Positions 1-9,409 are shown, numbered from the stretch's first letter. The stretch: DNA of 64,000 bases from Candidatus Nanopelagicales bacterium (GCA_044374195.1 JBILOY010000004.1:2514-66513), one strand, 5' to 3'. Numbers and translations are program-made. The notes: a model not told the origin generated them from the letters alone.

Positions 1-59
1 CGACCTTTCCCCGATCGAACTATCGAAAACCCTCATCGCCAACCCGGAAGGTCACACTC

Positions 60-1067
60 ATGTCGCAAGTCTCTGACGATCCCCGCATTCCCGTCACCGT
101 ACTGACGGGGTTCCTAGGCTCTGGGAAGACCACCCTGCTCAACAGGGTGCTTCGCGAGCAGCACGGTATGCGCATTGCTGTGGTCGAGAACGAATTCGGC
201 GAAGTTGGCATCGACGACGGTCTCATCATGGCCTCGGATGAAGAGATCTTCGAGATGAACAACGGGTGCATCTGCTGCACCGTTCGGGGGGACCTGATCC
301 GAATTCTCGGTGCCCTGGTCAAGCGCCGAGACAAGTTCGATCGGATCCTCATCGAGACCACGGGATTGGCCGATCCCGCACCAGTCGCCCAAACGTTTTT
401 TGTCGACGACGAACTTCAACGCACCTGTCGTCTCGATGCCATCATCACCCTCGTCGATGCACGCCACTCCCTCGTTCACCTTGACGAGACCAAGCCTGAT
501 GGTGTGGAAAACGAATCCGTGGAGCAGGTCGCCTTCGCCGACCGGATCATCCTGAACAAGGTCGATCTCGTCGCCGAGAGCGAACTGGAGCTCGTGGAGC
601 GGCGGATTCGTGGCATCAACAGCCACGTTGACATCCTCAGGGCGCAGTTCGCGGACGTGCCGTTGCACGAGATCTTGGATGTGGGGGCCTTCGATCTTGA
701 TCGAATTCTTGCTGATGATCCCGGGTTCCTCGCAGACACAGATCACCAGCACGACCTGTCCGTATCCAGCGTCGGTATCGAATGCGAGGGGTCGGTGGAC
801 GAGGATCGATTCAATGACTGGTTGCGAAACCTGCTCGTCTCTCGGGGTGTGGACATCTTCCGTTCAAAGGGTGTGCTGGCCGTTCAAGGTTCCGACCACC
901 GATTCATCTTTCAAGGCGTGCACATGCTGATAGACGCCGACGAGGGTCGCGCGTGGGAGGACGAGCCGCGCCTGAATCGTCTCGTCTTCATCGGTCGCAA
1001 TCTCGATCGCCACGAGCTCGAGTCTGGATTCCGTGCCTGTCTCGTGGACGCGGAGGTCACCCGATGA
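60..1067 (+). CDS. COG0523 (CobW/YjiA-like) G3E-family GTPase metallochaperone
   Basis: Walker [16 protein letters not shown], CxCC metal motif GCICCTV, and a CobW_C-like C-terminus. GGAAGG RBS lies before ATG 60. Confidence 0.9.
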   Translation: MSQVSDDPRIPVTVLTGFLGSGKTTLLNRVLREQHGMRIAVVENEFGEVGIDDGLIMASDEEIFEMNNGCICCTVRGDLIRILGALVKRRDKFDRILIETTGLADPAPVAQTFFVDDELQRTCRLDAIITLVDARHSLVHLDETKPDGVENESVEQVAFADRIILNKVDLVAESELELVERRIRGINSHVDILRAQFADVPLHEILDVGAFDLDRILADDPGFLADTDHQHDLSVSSVGIECEGSVDEDRFNDWLRNLLVSRGVDIFRSKGVLAVQGSDHRFIFQGVHMLIDADEGRAWEDEPRLNRLVFIGRNLDRHELESGFRACLVDAEVTR

Positions 1068-2110
1068 CGCGAGATGCCGGTCAGGTGGGCATTGCGGAGT
1101 GGGTCATCCAGATTGCCGACACCCCCGAATCGCTCGTGCACGGGGGCGAGCGTGTCATCGTTGTCGGTGTCGAGGGGAGCGTCACTGTGGTCATGAGCGC
1201 ATCGGGTGCGGTGTGTGCGACAACAGAGATCAGTGGGGGCCTCACGCATGCGGCCATTCGGCCGTCTGGAGACCGAGTGGTCGTGACCGGCCCGTTCGGG
1301 GCCTGGCTCTGGTTCCTTGCTGAGGATGAGCCACGGCCCCTGATCCAGGGGGCGTGGTGCTCGGTGGCGCGCTGGGCCACGGGTAATCGCTTGGCCATCG
1401 CCTCGGGTCGGCACGTCGAGGTCTTCGACGAGGCGGGAAATCGCCTCTGGCGCTCAGAGCCCTTTCCCAGCACGGTGACCGATATTTCGTGGCTAGGCGG
1501 TCGGCACCGCCTCGCGGTCGCTGCATATGGAGGCGTGCACATCGTCGAGCCGCGCGAGCACGGCACATCCTCCTTCATGCCGTTCACCGGATCCCTCCTT
1601 GCGATCTGCTCGAGTCCGAACGGCCGTTGGATCGTCTCGGGAAATCAGGACGCCACCTTGCAGGTGTTCCGTTCCGACAACGACACTCGTCTTGAGATGG
1701 AGGGATACCCGTCGAAGATCACTCGGGTCTGCTTTGACTCGACTGGGCGCTTCCTCGCCAACGATGGGGCCCCCGAGGTCACGGTGTGGGACTTCCGAGG
1801 CGCAGGTCCTCGGGGCCGCGCTCCCGTGCTCCTCGTGTCCGACGGTGACGGTCCATCCAGCAGCATTGGGGCACTGGCTTGGATGCCCGACGCCGCGGTA
1901 CTGGCAGTTGGCTGGGCATCCGGCTCCTGCGCCACCTACCGGATCCTCGACGGAGTCCCCGGAAAGCCCCTCCGCCCACATGCGGTACTGGCCGAGCTCG
2001 GCACCGAGATCACCGCCCTCGCCTGGGAACCAGGCGGACGCGCGATCGCCGTCGGGGGTAGGGACGGCGCAGTACGCCGGATCGAACTGTCTACAGGGGT
2101 TCAGCGGTGA
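1064..2110 (+). CDS. WD40-repeat beta-propeller protein
   Basis: ORF-track frame 953..2110 trimmed to ATG 1064, which overlaps the upstream stop as ATGA. Repeated blade-like segments are present (e.g. [39 protein letters not shown]). No other domain is visible. Confidence 0.75.
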   Translation: MTRDAGQVGIAEWVIQIADTPESLVHGGERVIVVGVEGSVTVVMSASGAVCATTEISGGLTHAAIRPSGDRVVVTGPFGAWLWFLAEDEPRPLIQGAWCSVARWATGNRLAIASGRHVEVFDEAGNRLWRSEPFPSTVTDISWLGGRHRLAVAAYGGVHIVEPREHGTSSFMPFTGSLLAICSSPNGRWIVSGNQDATLQVFRSDNDTRLEMEGYPSKITRVCFDSTGRFLANDGAPEVTVWDFRGAGPRGRAPVLLVSDGDGPSSSIGALAWMPDAAVLAVGWASGSCATYRILDGVPGKPLRPHAVLAELGTEITALAWEPGGRAIAVGGRDGAVRRIELSTGVQR

Positions 2111-2460
2111 ACGCCTGCTCCGTGACTGTCTGCCGGGGATGCTGCTGCGGGCGCGAGGATCCCACCGGCGCGGACGCGCTACTGCGCTCGCTGGTGGACT
2201 CCCTTCCGGGGCACCTCATCCGCACGAGCGACTGTCTCGGACCGTGCGAGCGCAAGGACGTCATCGTGGTGAACCCGTCTGCCAGTGCTCGGCGCCGGGG
2301 CGCTCGACCCGTGTGGCTGGGTTGGATGAGGAAGACTGTTGCGGTGTTAGAGCTTGTCGAGTGGGTTGAGACGGGCGGGCCGGGGGAGGCAGACATTCCT
2401 AGCGGCCTTGATCTGCATACCTTCAGACCCCCGAAAAACTCTCGTAGCAGGGCCGGTTAG
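2107..2460 (+). CDS. Small Cys-rich protein, thioredoxin-like [2Fe-2S] ferredoxin fold / DUF1636-like (putative metal binding)
   Basis: GTG start overlaps the WD40 stop (GTGA). Motifs VCRGCCCG and CLGPCERKDVIVVNP resemble thioredoxin-like ferredoxins. Confidence 0.55.
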   Translation: MNACSVTVCRGCCCGREDPTGADALLRSLVDSLPGHLIRTSDCLGPCERKDVIVVNPSASARRRGARPVWLGWMRKTVAVLELVEWVETGGPGEADIPSGLDLHTFRPPKNSRSRAG

Positions 2461-2496
2461 CAACGCCACGTGCCGCCTGGTCGTGGGGGAGACGTG

Positions 2497-2958
2497 TCAC
2501 CCCTGGCGGCTGTGACCTTGACGGCTGCAGCTATTGCACACGCCGAACACGTCGAGCGTGTGGCTGACTTCGGAGAAGCCGTGCTCAGCGGCGATGGAAT
2601 TAGTCCACCGTTCCACTGCCGATGCCTTCACCTCGACCGTGAGCCCGCATTCGCGGCACATCAAGTGGTGGTGGTGCCCTGATCGTTGCCCGCAACGGCG
2701 GTAGAGGGACTGACCATCAACTCCGTTCAGGACGTCGATGTCACCGATCTCGGCCATCGCCTGCAAGGACCGATACACCGTGGCGAGACCAACCCTCTCG
2801 CCGCGGGCCGTGAGCATCTCGTGCAGGTCCTGAGCCGAGCGGAAGTCGTCGACATCCTGGAGCACTCCGGCGACAGCCGCTCGCTGCCGGGTCGAACGCT
2901 GCCCGATCGCACCAGGTGCCCGCGCGTTTGTGGTGGAGGACGTCACGGCCTTGCTCAC
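2497..2958 (-). CDS. zur: Fur-family metalloregulator, probable zinc uptake regulator
   Basis: Winged-helix segment RSTRQRAAV...ATVYRSL, plus Cys/His sites HHHHLMCRECG and CNSC. GGAGG RBS lies 7 nt before GTG 2958. Divergent from the znuA-like gene, with a Zur-box palindrome between them. Confidence 0.8.
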   Translation of the reverse strand: MSKAVTSSTTNARAPGAIGQRSTRQRAAVAGVLQDVDDFRSAQDLHEMLTARGERVGLATVYRSLQAMAEIGDIDVLNGVDGQSLYRRCGQRSGHHHHLMCRECGLTVEVKASAVERWTNSIAAEHGFSEVSHTLDVFGVCNSCSRQGHSRQG

Positions 2959-3042
2959 CTGTGGACCTCCGATCGGGGTACTGACTCGCCAAGCCTACCC
3001 GGTTCGTGACGCTCGTCCGATCCGCCGTGGTACGTTATCCTT

Positions 3043-3055
3043 AATGATAATCATT
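3043..3055. promoter_or_regulatory. Zur/Fur-box-like palindrome AATGAT-A-ATCATT in the zur-znuA divergent region
   Basis: Perfect 6+1+6 palindrome inside the only AT-rich patch of the 117-bp intergenic region, 20 nt upstream of the znuA ATG. Confidence 0.6.
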
Positions 3056-3075
3056 TCTGATAGGAGCTGCCCAGC

Positions 3076-4038
3076 ATGACCATACGGACCACTCCCCACC
3101 GCCTCCTGCCCGTCGCGTGCGTCGGGCTGATGCTTGCCGCCCTGACCGCCTGCTCCTCGTCTGATGAGGCCGAGGGCACTGCCCCATCAGCTGGCGCCGA
3201 GCCCCTCGCCGTTGCCGCCAACTTCTATCCGATCGAATGGCTGGCCGAACGGGTCGGAGGCGAGGTCGTGTCTGTCACCGGCCTCACCCCGGTCGGCGAG
3301 GAGCCGCACGACCTGGCGCTGACCGCGCAGTCACGTCAGGCACTCGAGGATTCGGCAGTCACCTTCTATCTGGGCTCGGGGTTCCAGCCAGACGTCGAGA
3401 AGGCCGTCGAGGCACTGAGCGGGAGCACCACGGCCGTCGACCTGCTGGCCGCCCCCGGAGTGAACCTGCTCGATGCCCCCGCCGACCTCGGCAAGGAATC
3501 GCTGGCCGGCAACAAGGACCCGCACGTCTGGCTCGACCCGACCTTGATGGTGGCGATGGCCAACCAGATCGCCGAGACCCTCACCGCTCAGGCGCCCGAG
3601 CACGGCGACACGTTCGCGGCGAACCGCGATGCGCTGGTCGCCGCCCTGTCGGAGCTGGACGGCCAGCTCGGCACGGCCCTGGCCTCATGCTCGATCGACA
3701 CCATCGTCACTTCGCACGCGGCCTTCAACTACCTCGCGCAACGCTACGGGCTCACACAGATCGCCATCACCGGAATCAGTCCCGAGGACCAGCCCGACCC
3801 GGCGACCCTGGAGCAGATCGCAGCCGACGCCAAGGCCGCCGGGGTGACGACCGTCTTCTTCGAGGACCAGCTCCCCGCCGACCTCTCCGAGACCGTGGCC
3901 GCCGAGATCGGAGCCTCGGTCGACCTGCTGTCCGCACTGGAGTTCGACCCAGCCGAGACGATCGGCGCCGGTCAGGACTACCTGACTGTGATGGCGGACA
4001 ACGGCACCCGGCTCGCGAAGGGACTGCAGTGCTCGTGA
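3076..4038 (+). CDS. znuA: Metal (zinc-type) ABC transporter substrate-binding lipoprotein, TroA/ZnuA family
   Basis: Signal peptide with lipobox LTAC, DPHVWLDP motif, AGGAG RBS, and Zur-box context. Confidence 0.75.
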   Translation: MTIRTTPHRLLPVACVGLMLAALTACSSSDEAEGTAPSAGAEPLAVAANFYPIEWLAERVGGEVVSVTGLTPVGEEPHDLALTAQSRQALEDSAVTFYLGSGFQPDVEKAVEALSGSTTAVDLLAAPGVNLLDAPADLGKESLAGNKDPHVWLDPTLMVAMANQIAETLTAQAPEHGDTFAANRDALVAALSELDGQLGTALASCSIDTIVTSHAAFNYLAQRYGLTQIAITGISPEDQPDPATLEQIAADAKAAGVTTVFFEDQLPADLSETVAAEIGASVDLLSALEFDPAETIGAGQDYLTVMADNGTRLAKGLQCS

Positions 4039-4802
4039 CGGGGGCCGTCGCACCGCCATCGCCTCCCGCGATCGAGACCATCGGGCTGAATGTGACGTAC
4101 GGGCGGCACGAGGCCGTCCGCGACGTCAGCATCGTCGTGGCGGCGGGCGAGGCCGTCGCTCTCGTCGGCCGCAACGGCGCCGGGAAGTCATCCCTCCTGC
4201 GTGCGGTGTCGGGGCTCGAGAACGCGACCGGCCGCGTGGTGGTGCACGGCCAGCACTGCCACCACCGCACGACGCTGGCGCCCGTCGCGTACGTTCCGCA
4301 GCGGTCGACCGCTCGGTGGGACCTACCGCTCACCGTGTCCGAAGTGGTGGTGGCCGGCTGTCGCGCTCGTGGCGGCCGGTGGCGCCGGCCCAGTCCCGAC
4401 GACCGCGGGCAGGTCCGGATGTCCCTTCGCACGTTCGGCATCGAGGACCTGCACGATCGAACCGTCGGCGCGCTGTCCGGCGGCCAGGCGCAACGGGTAC
4501 TCCTGGCCCGGGCGTTCGTCCAGCAGCCGCGCGTCCTGCTCCTCGACGAGCCCTTCGCCGGCCTCGACAGCGCCAGCGCGGACAGCCTCTCGCACGCCAT
4601 CGGCGAGCTCTGCGCGAACGGGATGACCGTCCTGTGCGCGATGCACGAGCTGGCGATCGCCCGGTCGGTGTTCCCGCGCACGATCGCGCTGGACCGAGCC
4701 GTGATCGCTGACGGGCCGACCGGCGAGGTCCTGGCGGCCGAGGGCATCGAGCGGATCTTCGTCACTCGGCACGCATCGTCCCCCGCCGGCACGGTCGGAT
4801 GA
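4029..4802 (+). CDS. znuC: Metal ABC transporter ATP-binding protein
   Basis: Walker A GRNGAGKS, signature LSGGQAQR, Walker B LLLDEP. The ORF-track frame starts at 3237 but overlaps znuA, so it is trimmed to GTG 4029 behind a GAAGGGA RBS (GTG 4035 is an alternative). Confidence 0.8.
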   Translation: MLVTGAVAPPSPPAIETIGLNVTYGRHEAVRDVSIVVAAGEAVALVGRNGAGKSSLLRAVSGLENATGRVVVHGQHCHHRTTLAPVAYVPQRSTARWDLPLTVSEVVVAGCRARGGRWRRPSPDDRGQVRMSLRTFGIEDLHDRTVGALSGGQAQRVLLARAFVQQPRVLLLDEPFAGLDSASADSLSHAIGELCANGMTVLCAMHELAIARSVFPRTIALDRAVIADGPTGEVLAAEGIERIFVTRHASSPAGTVG

Positions 4803-5680
4803 ACGGCCTCGCCTGGCTGGTGGATCCGTTCGCCACCACCTTCATGCAGCGGGCGCTTGTCAGCAGCCTCGCAGTCGGCATCGCGGCACCGGCGATCGGC
4901 GTGTGGGCGGTCTCGCGGCGGCTGGTCTACCTGACCGACGCCATGAGCCACGCGATCCTCGCGGGGGTCGCCGGCGCAGCACTGCTCGGGGTCTCCCTCG
5001 TCATCGGCGGCATCGCAGCCGGGTTGTTCATGGCGCTGCTCGTCGCCCTGCTGGTGATCCGGGTGAAGGTGCCCGAGGACAGCGCCATCGGCGTCGTGGG
5101 CCAGGGGCTCTTCGCGATCGGGGTCATCGGGGTCGGTCTCCTGGGGGACCCTCGGGCGCTGTCCCACGTCCTGTTCGGCAACCCACTGACCGTCACAGTC
5201 GGCGAGGTCGCGGTCCAGATCGCGGTCGCCGTCGTGATCGTGGGTGCCGGGTGGCTCCTGGGGCCGCTGCTCGGCATGTCCACCTTCGACGGAGCCCACG
5301 CTCGGACGGTGGGAGTCCGCGTGGGGCTGCTCGACACCGGCCTGATCGTGGCGCTGGCCCTCGTGGTCGTCGTTGGCCTCACCAGCGTTGGCGTGCTGAT
5401 GGCGATCACATTGATCACTGCTCCGGCCGTCGCGGCCCGCCTGCTGGTCCCTCGCCTGTCGCGCTCGGTGCCACTCGCCAGCGCACTCGGGGCCCTCGCC
5501 GGGGTTGCCGGGCTGCTGCTGAGCTACCACCTGGCCCTGCCCACAGGACCGACCATCGCGATCGTCGCTGTGGGAGAAGTGGCCGTTGCCTCAGTGATCG
5601 CCCGACCGTGGGCGAGACGGCGAGCTACGGTTGAACTCGTCCAACCCTCATCGGCGCGGTCGAAGACAGGCGCGCACTAG
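4799..5680 (+). CDS. znuB: Metal ABC transporter permease (ABC-3 family)
   Basis: ATGA overlap with znuC. Polytopic hydrophobic protein with the typical FMQRAL N-terminus. Confidence 0.8.
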   Translation: MNGLAWLVDPFATTFMQRALVSSLAVGIAAPAIGVWAVSRRLVYLTDAMSHAILAGVAGAALLGVSLVIGGIAAGLFMALLVALLVIRVKVPEDSAIGVVGQGLFAIGVIGVGLLGDPRALSHVLFGNPLTVTVGEVAVQIAVAVVIVGAGWLLGPLLGMSTFDGAHARTVGVRVGLLDTGLIVALALVVVVGLTSVGVLMAITLITAPAVAARLLVPRLSRSVPLASALGALAGVAGLLLSYHLALPTGPTIAIVAVGEVAVASVIARPWARRRATVELVQPSSARSKTGAH

Positions 5681-6079
5681 CAAGTGCCCACATGCGCAAG
5701 GCTCGCTCTACCTGGGTGGCGCTGCCATTCGGTCCGCGCGCCGCTCCCGAGTCGATGTTGAGCACCGCCACAGTGGCTCCGGGTGCCTTGGTCGAGGACG
5801 GAGGTCATACCGGGGCAGGCTTGTGAGAAGGTTCGCGCTGCGCCGCGAACGGGGGTGCGAGCGCGGCCACGTTCGTCTCACCACGCTGAGCGCGCTCACT
5901 TCACACGGACATCCACATTCGCCAGCGACGAGCGCGCAAGGAGCAGCACGGGGGCGTTTCACGGATTTGCTCTGTCGTGCACCTAACCTGTCAGAGAGAG
6001 TGGTCGTCGGAGGGGGAGAGCAGCGTCCGTCGATCGCCGTTCAGGGGCCCGCTCCCATGCGGCGAAGGCATCAGTTCCA

Positions 6080-6412
6080 GTGTCTGAGGCGCGACCGGTG
6101 AGCGTTCGAAAGTACGTGTCGCTGGCAGCGGTGCTGGTCGTGCTGATCGCCATCGCCGTGTCCATGCAGACATCGGGTCAGGGCTCATCGGTCCCTTCAA
6201 TACCGACTCCCTCGTGCGGATGGGATCTCACGACGGCGGCGGGAGTCCAGGCAAACGCCGATTATCAGACGGCAACGATGCAATGGCTCGAGACCCATGG
6301 CGCGGATGACGGGCCGCCACCGAAACCCGAAAGCCCTTACTGGCTGGGTGAATGCCCCGTTTCCCCTGAGTCGCCGCTGCCTCCTGTGGACGAGGCGCTC
6401 GCTATCCATTGA
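6080..6412 (+). CDS. Small N-terminally membrane-anchored Cys/Pro-rich protein, unrecognised family (paralog of 46263..46655)
   Basis: Single TM segment LAAVLVVLIAIAV. Shares blocks CGW(D/N)L(T/S)TTAG, QW, YWLGEC and PP(V/I)DEA with the 46263 ORF. Confidence 0.55.
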   Translation: MSEARPVSVRKYVSLAAVLVVLIAIAVSMQTSGQGSSVPSIPTPSCGWDLTTAAGVQANADYQTATMQWLETHGADDGPPPKPESPYWLGECPVSPESPLPPVDEALAIH

Positions 6413-6621
6413 TTCGCAGCTAGGCGTGGCTTCCATTCCTTCCGACGATGGTGGGGCACCATGAACCGGCGGGCCACATCGCAGAGCCACGAGTCCTCAT
6501 CCGTCCGTGACCGGACTTGTAGGCACGGTCGCCTTGAAGGGAGCACGTCATAGCGAGAACACGCGGGCTGGCCACGCCGCCTGCGTCGAGTCGTGCGCAA
6601 CGCCGCTGGAAGGTCTCTGGC

Positions 6622-7557
6622 TTGGAAGTCGTGGCCATCGTCGGCGTAGTGCTCCTGCTCGCACGTGCCTGGCTCATTGATGTCTTCGATCAGCCCCTGC
6701 TTCAGACCGCGTCCACGGTCTTCGTGGCGATCATCGTGCAGGCCACCCCGTTCCTCATCCTCGGCGCTGTCCTATCTGCGGTGATTGCCGCATACGTTCC
6801 ACCCACGTTCTTCGCACGGGTCCTGCCGAAGAACACGAGGCTTGCCGTCCCGATCGCAGGAGCTGCAGGATGCGTCCTCCCAGGGTGTGAATGCGCATCT
6901 GTGCCGATAGCGGGGTCGCTCATGGCGCGCGGGGTCGCGCCGGCCGCCTCCTTAGCATTTCTCCTGTCGGCACCTGCAATCAACCCAGTGGTACTTGTCT
7001 CCACATTTGTCGCCTTCCCGGGTGAACCTCAGATGGCCTTTGCTCGATTCATTGCATCCCTCATCACGGCTGTCGCGATGGGCTGGCTGTGGATGTGGCT
7101 TGGTCGCCCGGAATGGCTGCGCATCCCTCATCGCGTTCATCTGCAAGGGGGATCGCGTTTCCACACCTTCCGACTGACGGCGGCCCACGACTTCCTGCAT
7201 GCCGGCGGATTCCTCGTGGTCGGAGCCATTGCAGCTGCCGTCATGAACGTCTTGATCCCCTCCAGCTGGTTGACGGCGCTGTCGGAGAACCCCGTTCTGG
7301 CGATCCTGGGCCTGGCCGCCCTCGCGGTGCTTCTCTCGATCTGCTCGGAGGCCGACGCCTTCGTCGCAGCAAGCTTCACGAGTTTCTCGCTGACGGCTCG
7401 ACTTGCATTCTTGGTGGTGGGACCGATGGTCGATCTCAAACTGTTTTCCATGCAAGCTGGCCTGTTCAGTCGCTCATTCGCAGTGCGATTCGCCCCCGCC
7501 ACATTCGTAGTGGCAGTCCTCGTCAGCACAGTCGTGGGCCTGGTGCTCCTCACATGA
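6622..7557 (+). CDS. COG0701-type predicted permease (ArsP_1/DUF318-like)
   Basis: Polytopic membrane protein with the PGCECASVPIAG motif typical of this family. TTG start is uncertain. Confidence 0.7.
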   Translation: MEVVAIVGVVLLLARAWLIDVFDQPLLQTASTVFVAIIVQATPFLILGAVLSAVIAAYVPPTFFARVLPKNTRLAVPIAGAAGCVLPGCECASVPIAGSLMARGVAPAASLAFLLSAPAINPVVLVSTFVAFPGEPQMAFARFIASLITAVAMGWLWMWLGRPEWLRIPHRVHLQGGSRFHTFRLTAAHDFLHAGGFLVVGAIAAAVMNVLIPSSWLTALSENPVLAILGLAALAVLLSICSEADAFVAASFTSFSLTARLAFLVVGPMVDLKLFSMQAGLFSRSFAVRFAPATFVVAVLVSTVVGLVLLT

Positions 7558-8294
7558 CACGAGAAGTTCAGTCCGTCGCTCTCACGGCGCTTGGTGTGAT
7601 CTTGCTTCGGATCACCTTGTCCGGCACCTTCCTCAATTACGTCAAGGCCTCCATGCAGCCATGGCTCATCACATCCGGCGTAATCCTGGTTCTCCTCGGC
7701 ATGGGACTACTTGTCGATGCGTGGCAGAGACCGCGACGACGTGCGGCGGACTCTTCTAGGGCAGCCGTGGAGGATGATCACGGGCACAGTCACGGACACG
7801 GCGGTCCGCGGATCGCGTGGCTCCTCTTCCTTCCCGTCATCACGCTCTTTCTCGTCGCCCCGCCCGCGCTCGGGGCCTACTCGGCGTCCCGCGACACGAC
7901 AAACGTCGTACAACTCGACACCTCGCTCCCGCCGCTGCCAGCGGGCGACCCCGTCCCGGTCTACCTGGCCGATTACGTCACTCGGGCGATCTGGGAGAAA
8001 GGGGCTTCGTTGGAGGGACGCACCGTCGAACTGACGGGATTCGTCCTTCCCGAGCCTGATGGAACGTGGCTACTGGCTCGCCTTCAAATCACCTGCTGTG
8101 CGGCAGATGCGTTCGCATCCAAGGTGAGGCCAGTGAACCTGCCGTCGGAGATGAGCACTCTCCCGGCCAACACCTGGGTCACGATCACGGGCACCTGGCA
8201 ACCGGCTGAATATCCGGACCCGTCAACTGCGATACCCCTCGTCCATGTGAGCACTATCCGGACAGTTGAGCAACCAGCGAATCCATATGACTGA
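7554..8294 (+). CDS. TIGR03943/DUF1980-like membrane protein, usual partner of COG0701 permeases
   Basis: ATGA overlap with the permease. Two N-terminal TM segments, a His-rich loop DDHGHSHGHG, and the C-terminal motif QITCCAADA. Confidence 0.65.
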   Translation: MTREVQSVALTALGVILLRITLSGTFLNYVKASMQPWLITSGVILVLLGMGLLVDAWQRPRRRAADSSRAAVEDDHGHSHGHGGPRIAWLLFLPVITLFLVAPPALGAYSASRDTTNVVQLDTSLPPLPAGDPVPVYLADYVTRAIWEKGASLEGRTVELTGFVLPEPDGTWLLARLQITCCAADAFASKVRPVNLPSEMSTLPANTWVTITGTWQPAEYPDPSTAIPLVHVSTIRTVEQPANPYD

Positions 8295-8740
8295 ACTGAA
8301 TAGATTCGGGCAGGCGCCGGCAGTCGACCCCGTTTCGCGAGTGGACTAGGCAATTCTGGTGAAGGCCGGAAATTCGCGGGCCTGCACGGTGCTGGACCCT
8401 CGATCTTGGATCGCCGGCCGGGAAGAACCCCATCGAACATGTGCTGGAAGTCGACAGAGACGTCATCTGCGACCTGCCACTTGGTCGACCGGATAGCGCT
8501 GCGTGGTAGCACCCCGCGGTTACTTGTCACTGTCGCTCCTTTACGGACTCGACGGGGTCTTGGCTCGGCTGGCGTCCTTCGTGTGCAGGCTCAGCTACGG
8601 GGCTCGCTCCAACTTGATGAGGCTCTGCAGAATCTCACACAAATGCTTGACGAGAACAAGCGCTTGCCCTAGTTTTAACTCATGTCCAACACTGAGTTCA
8701 GAAACGGCTCCGGCCCCGCGACAAGACTCGGGAGTGACTG

Positions 8741-9409
8741 ATGGGCGGCCAGTTCAAGGGACTCCAAGCGAATCTCAGCGAGCACGCCCTTGAGTCGGGG
8801 GCGGTGTGCCTGGCCGGCATTGTTCAGCAGCCTCAGGCGATCTGCGTTCTTCTCCACGACCGACATGCCGACCTGGATCGCATGAGGCAGTTCGCCAACC
8901 CGCTCGAGCGGTACTCCATCTGTCCCATGCTGCTCGACCTGCCCGGCCACGGACTCAGTTCCGAAGACGAAGACACCGACTCGATGGCGGCCATCGAATC
9001 TGCCTTTGTGTACGCCGAGAGAGAGGTGCTACCGGTGGCGGTCGTGGCGGAGGGACGATCTGTGGACACGCTTCTGCGCACCCAACCTCTAGGTTCGGTG
9101 TCCAGCTACATCCTGCTCTCCCCGCGAAGCAGCATGACTGAGGAGCAGTTCGCGGAGACCGCCTGGAGCCGGATTCCGTCACTCAGCATCCTTGATCCGC
9201 ACGACCACGAAGCCGAGAACGTCGCCTTGATGGTGAGTCGACGAACCAGAGCCAACGACGGGCACGTGTTCGCGCACAATGCGGGGGCCCTGAGGAGTGG
9301 GCAACCGTCCTGGCCGCTGCAGGCGGCAAACGCCGCCGCCGCGTTCATCGCTGAGCAGGCTGCCTTATGGCGTGCAGGTCAGGCGACCCGTAGAGAGGAC
9401 TGCGCGTGA
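8741..9409 (+). CDS. Alpha/beta-hydrolase-fold protein (function unknown)
   Basis: Motifs ICVLLHD and LLDLPGHGLS resemble the alpha/beta hydrolase N-terminal half. Stop overlaps the E1-alpha start (GTGA). Confidence 0.5.
   Translation: MGGQFKGLQANLSEHALESGAVCLAGIVQQPQAICVLLHDRHADLDRMRQFANPLERYSICPMLLDLPGHGLSSEDEDTDSMAAIESAFVYAEREVLPVAVVAEGRSVDTLLRTQPLGSVSSYILLSPRSSMTEEQFAETAWSRIPSLSILDPHDHEAENVALMVSRRTRANDGHVFAHNAGALRSGQPSWPLQAANAAAAFIAEQAALWRAGQATRREDCA

Noticed and set aside
1-59. Possible Zur box upstream of the COG0523 gene (TCGAAAACCCTCATCG)
   Set aside because: It shows only weak resemblance and no dyad symmetry. The real promoter may lie outside the window.
3237-4028. N-terminal 264-aa extension of the znuC reading frame
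   Set aside because: It lies entirely inside the znuA gene in another frame and is an Arg/Gly/Pro-rich nonsense sequence. A GAAGGGA RBS plus GTG at 4029 gives a normal-length ATPase.
3776-5530. 584-aa minus-strand ORF, the longest in the track
   Set aside because: It runs antisense across znuA/znuC/znuB, which have clear motifs. Its translation is Arg/Pro/Gly/Asp-rich low complexity, typical of antisense frames in high-GC DNA.
5681-6079. 399-bp gap after znuB examined for a riboswitch, sRNA or alternative ribosomal-protein genes of a Zur regulon
   Set aside because: It contains only a short hairpin (GTTCGCG-CTGCGC-CGCGAAC near 5831-5850) and unconvincing small ORFs. I cannot support any call.
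8675-8950. 91-aa minus-strand ORF in the gap before the catabolic cluster
   Set aside because: It overlaps the N-terminus of the alpha/beta-hydrolase ORF, whose HD / DLPGHG blocks argue for the plus strand. No motif is present.
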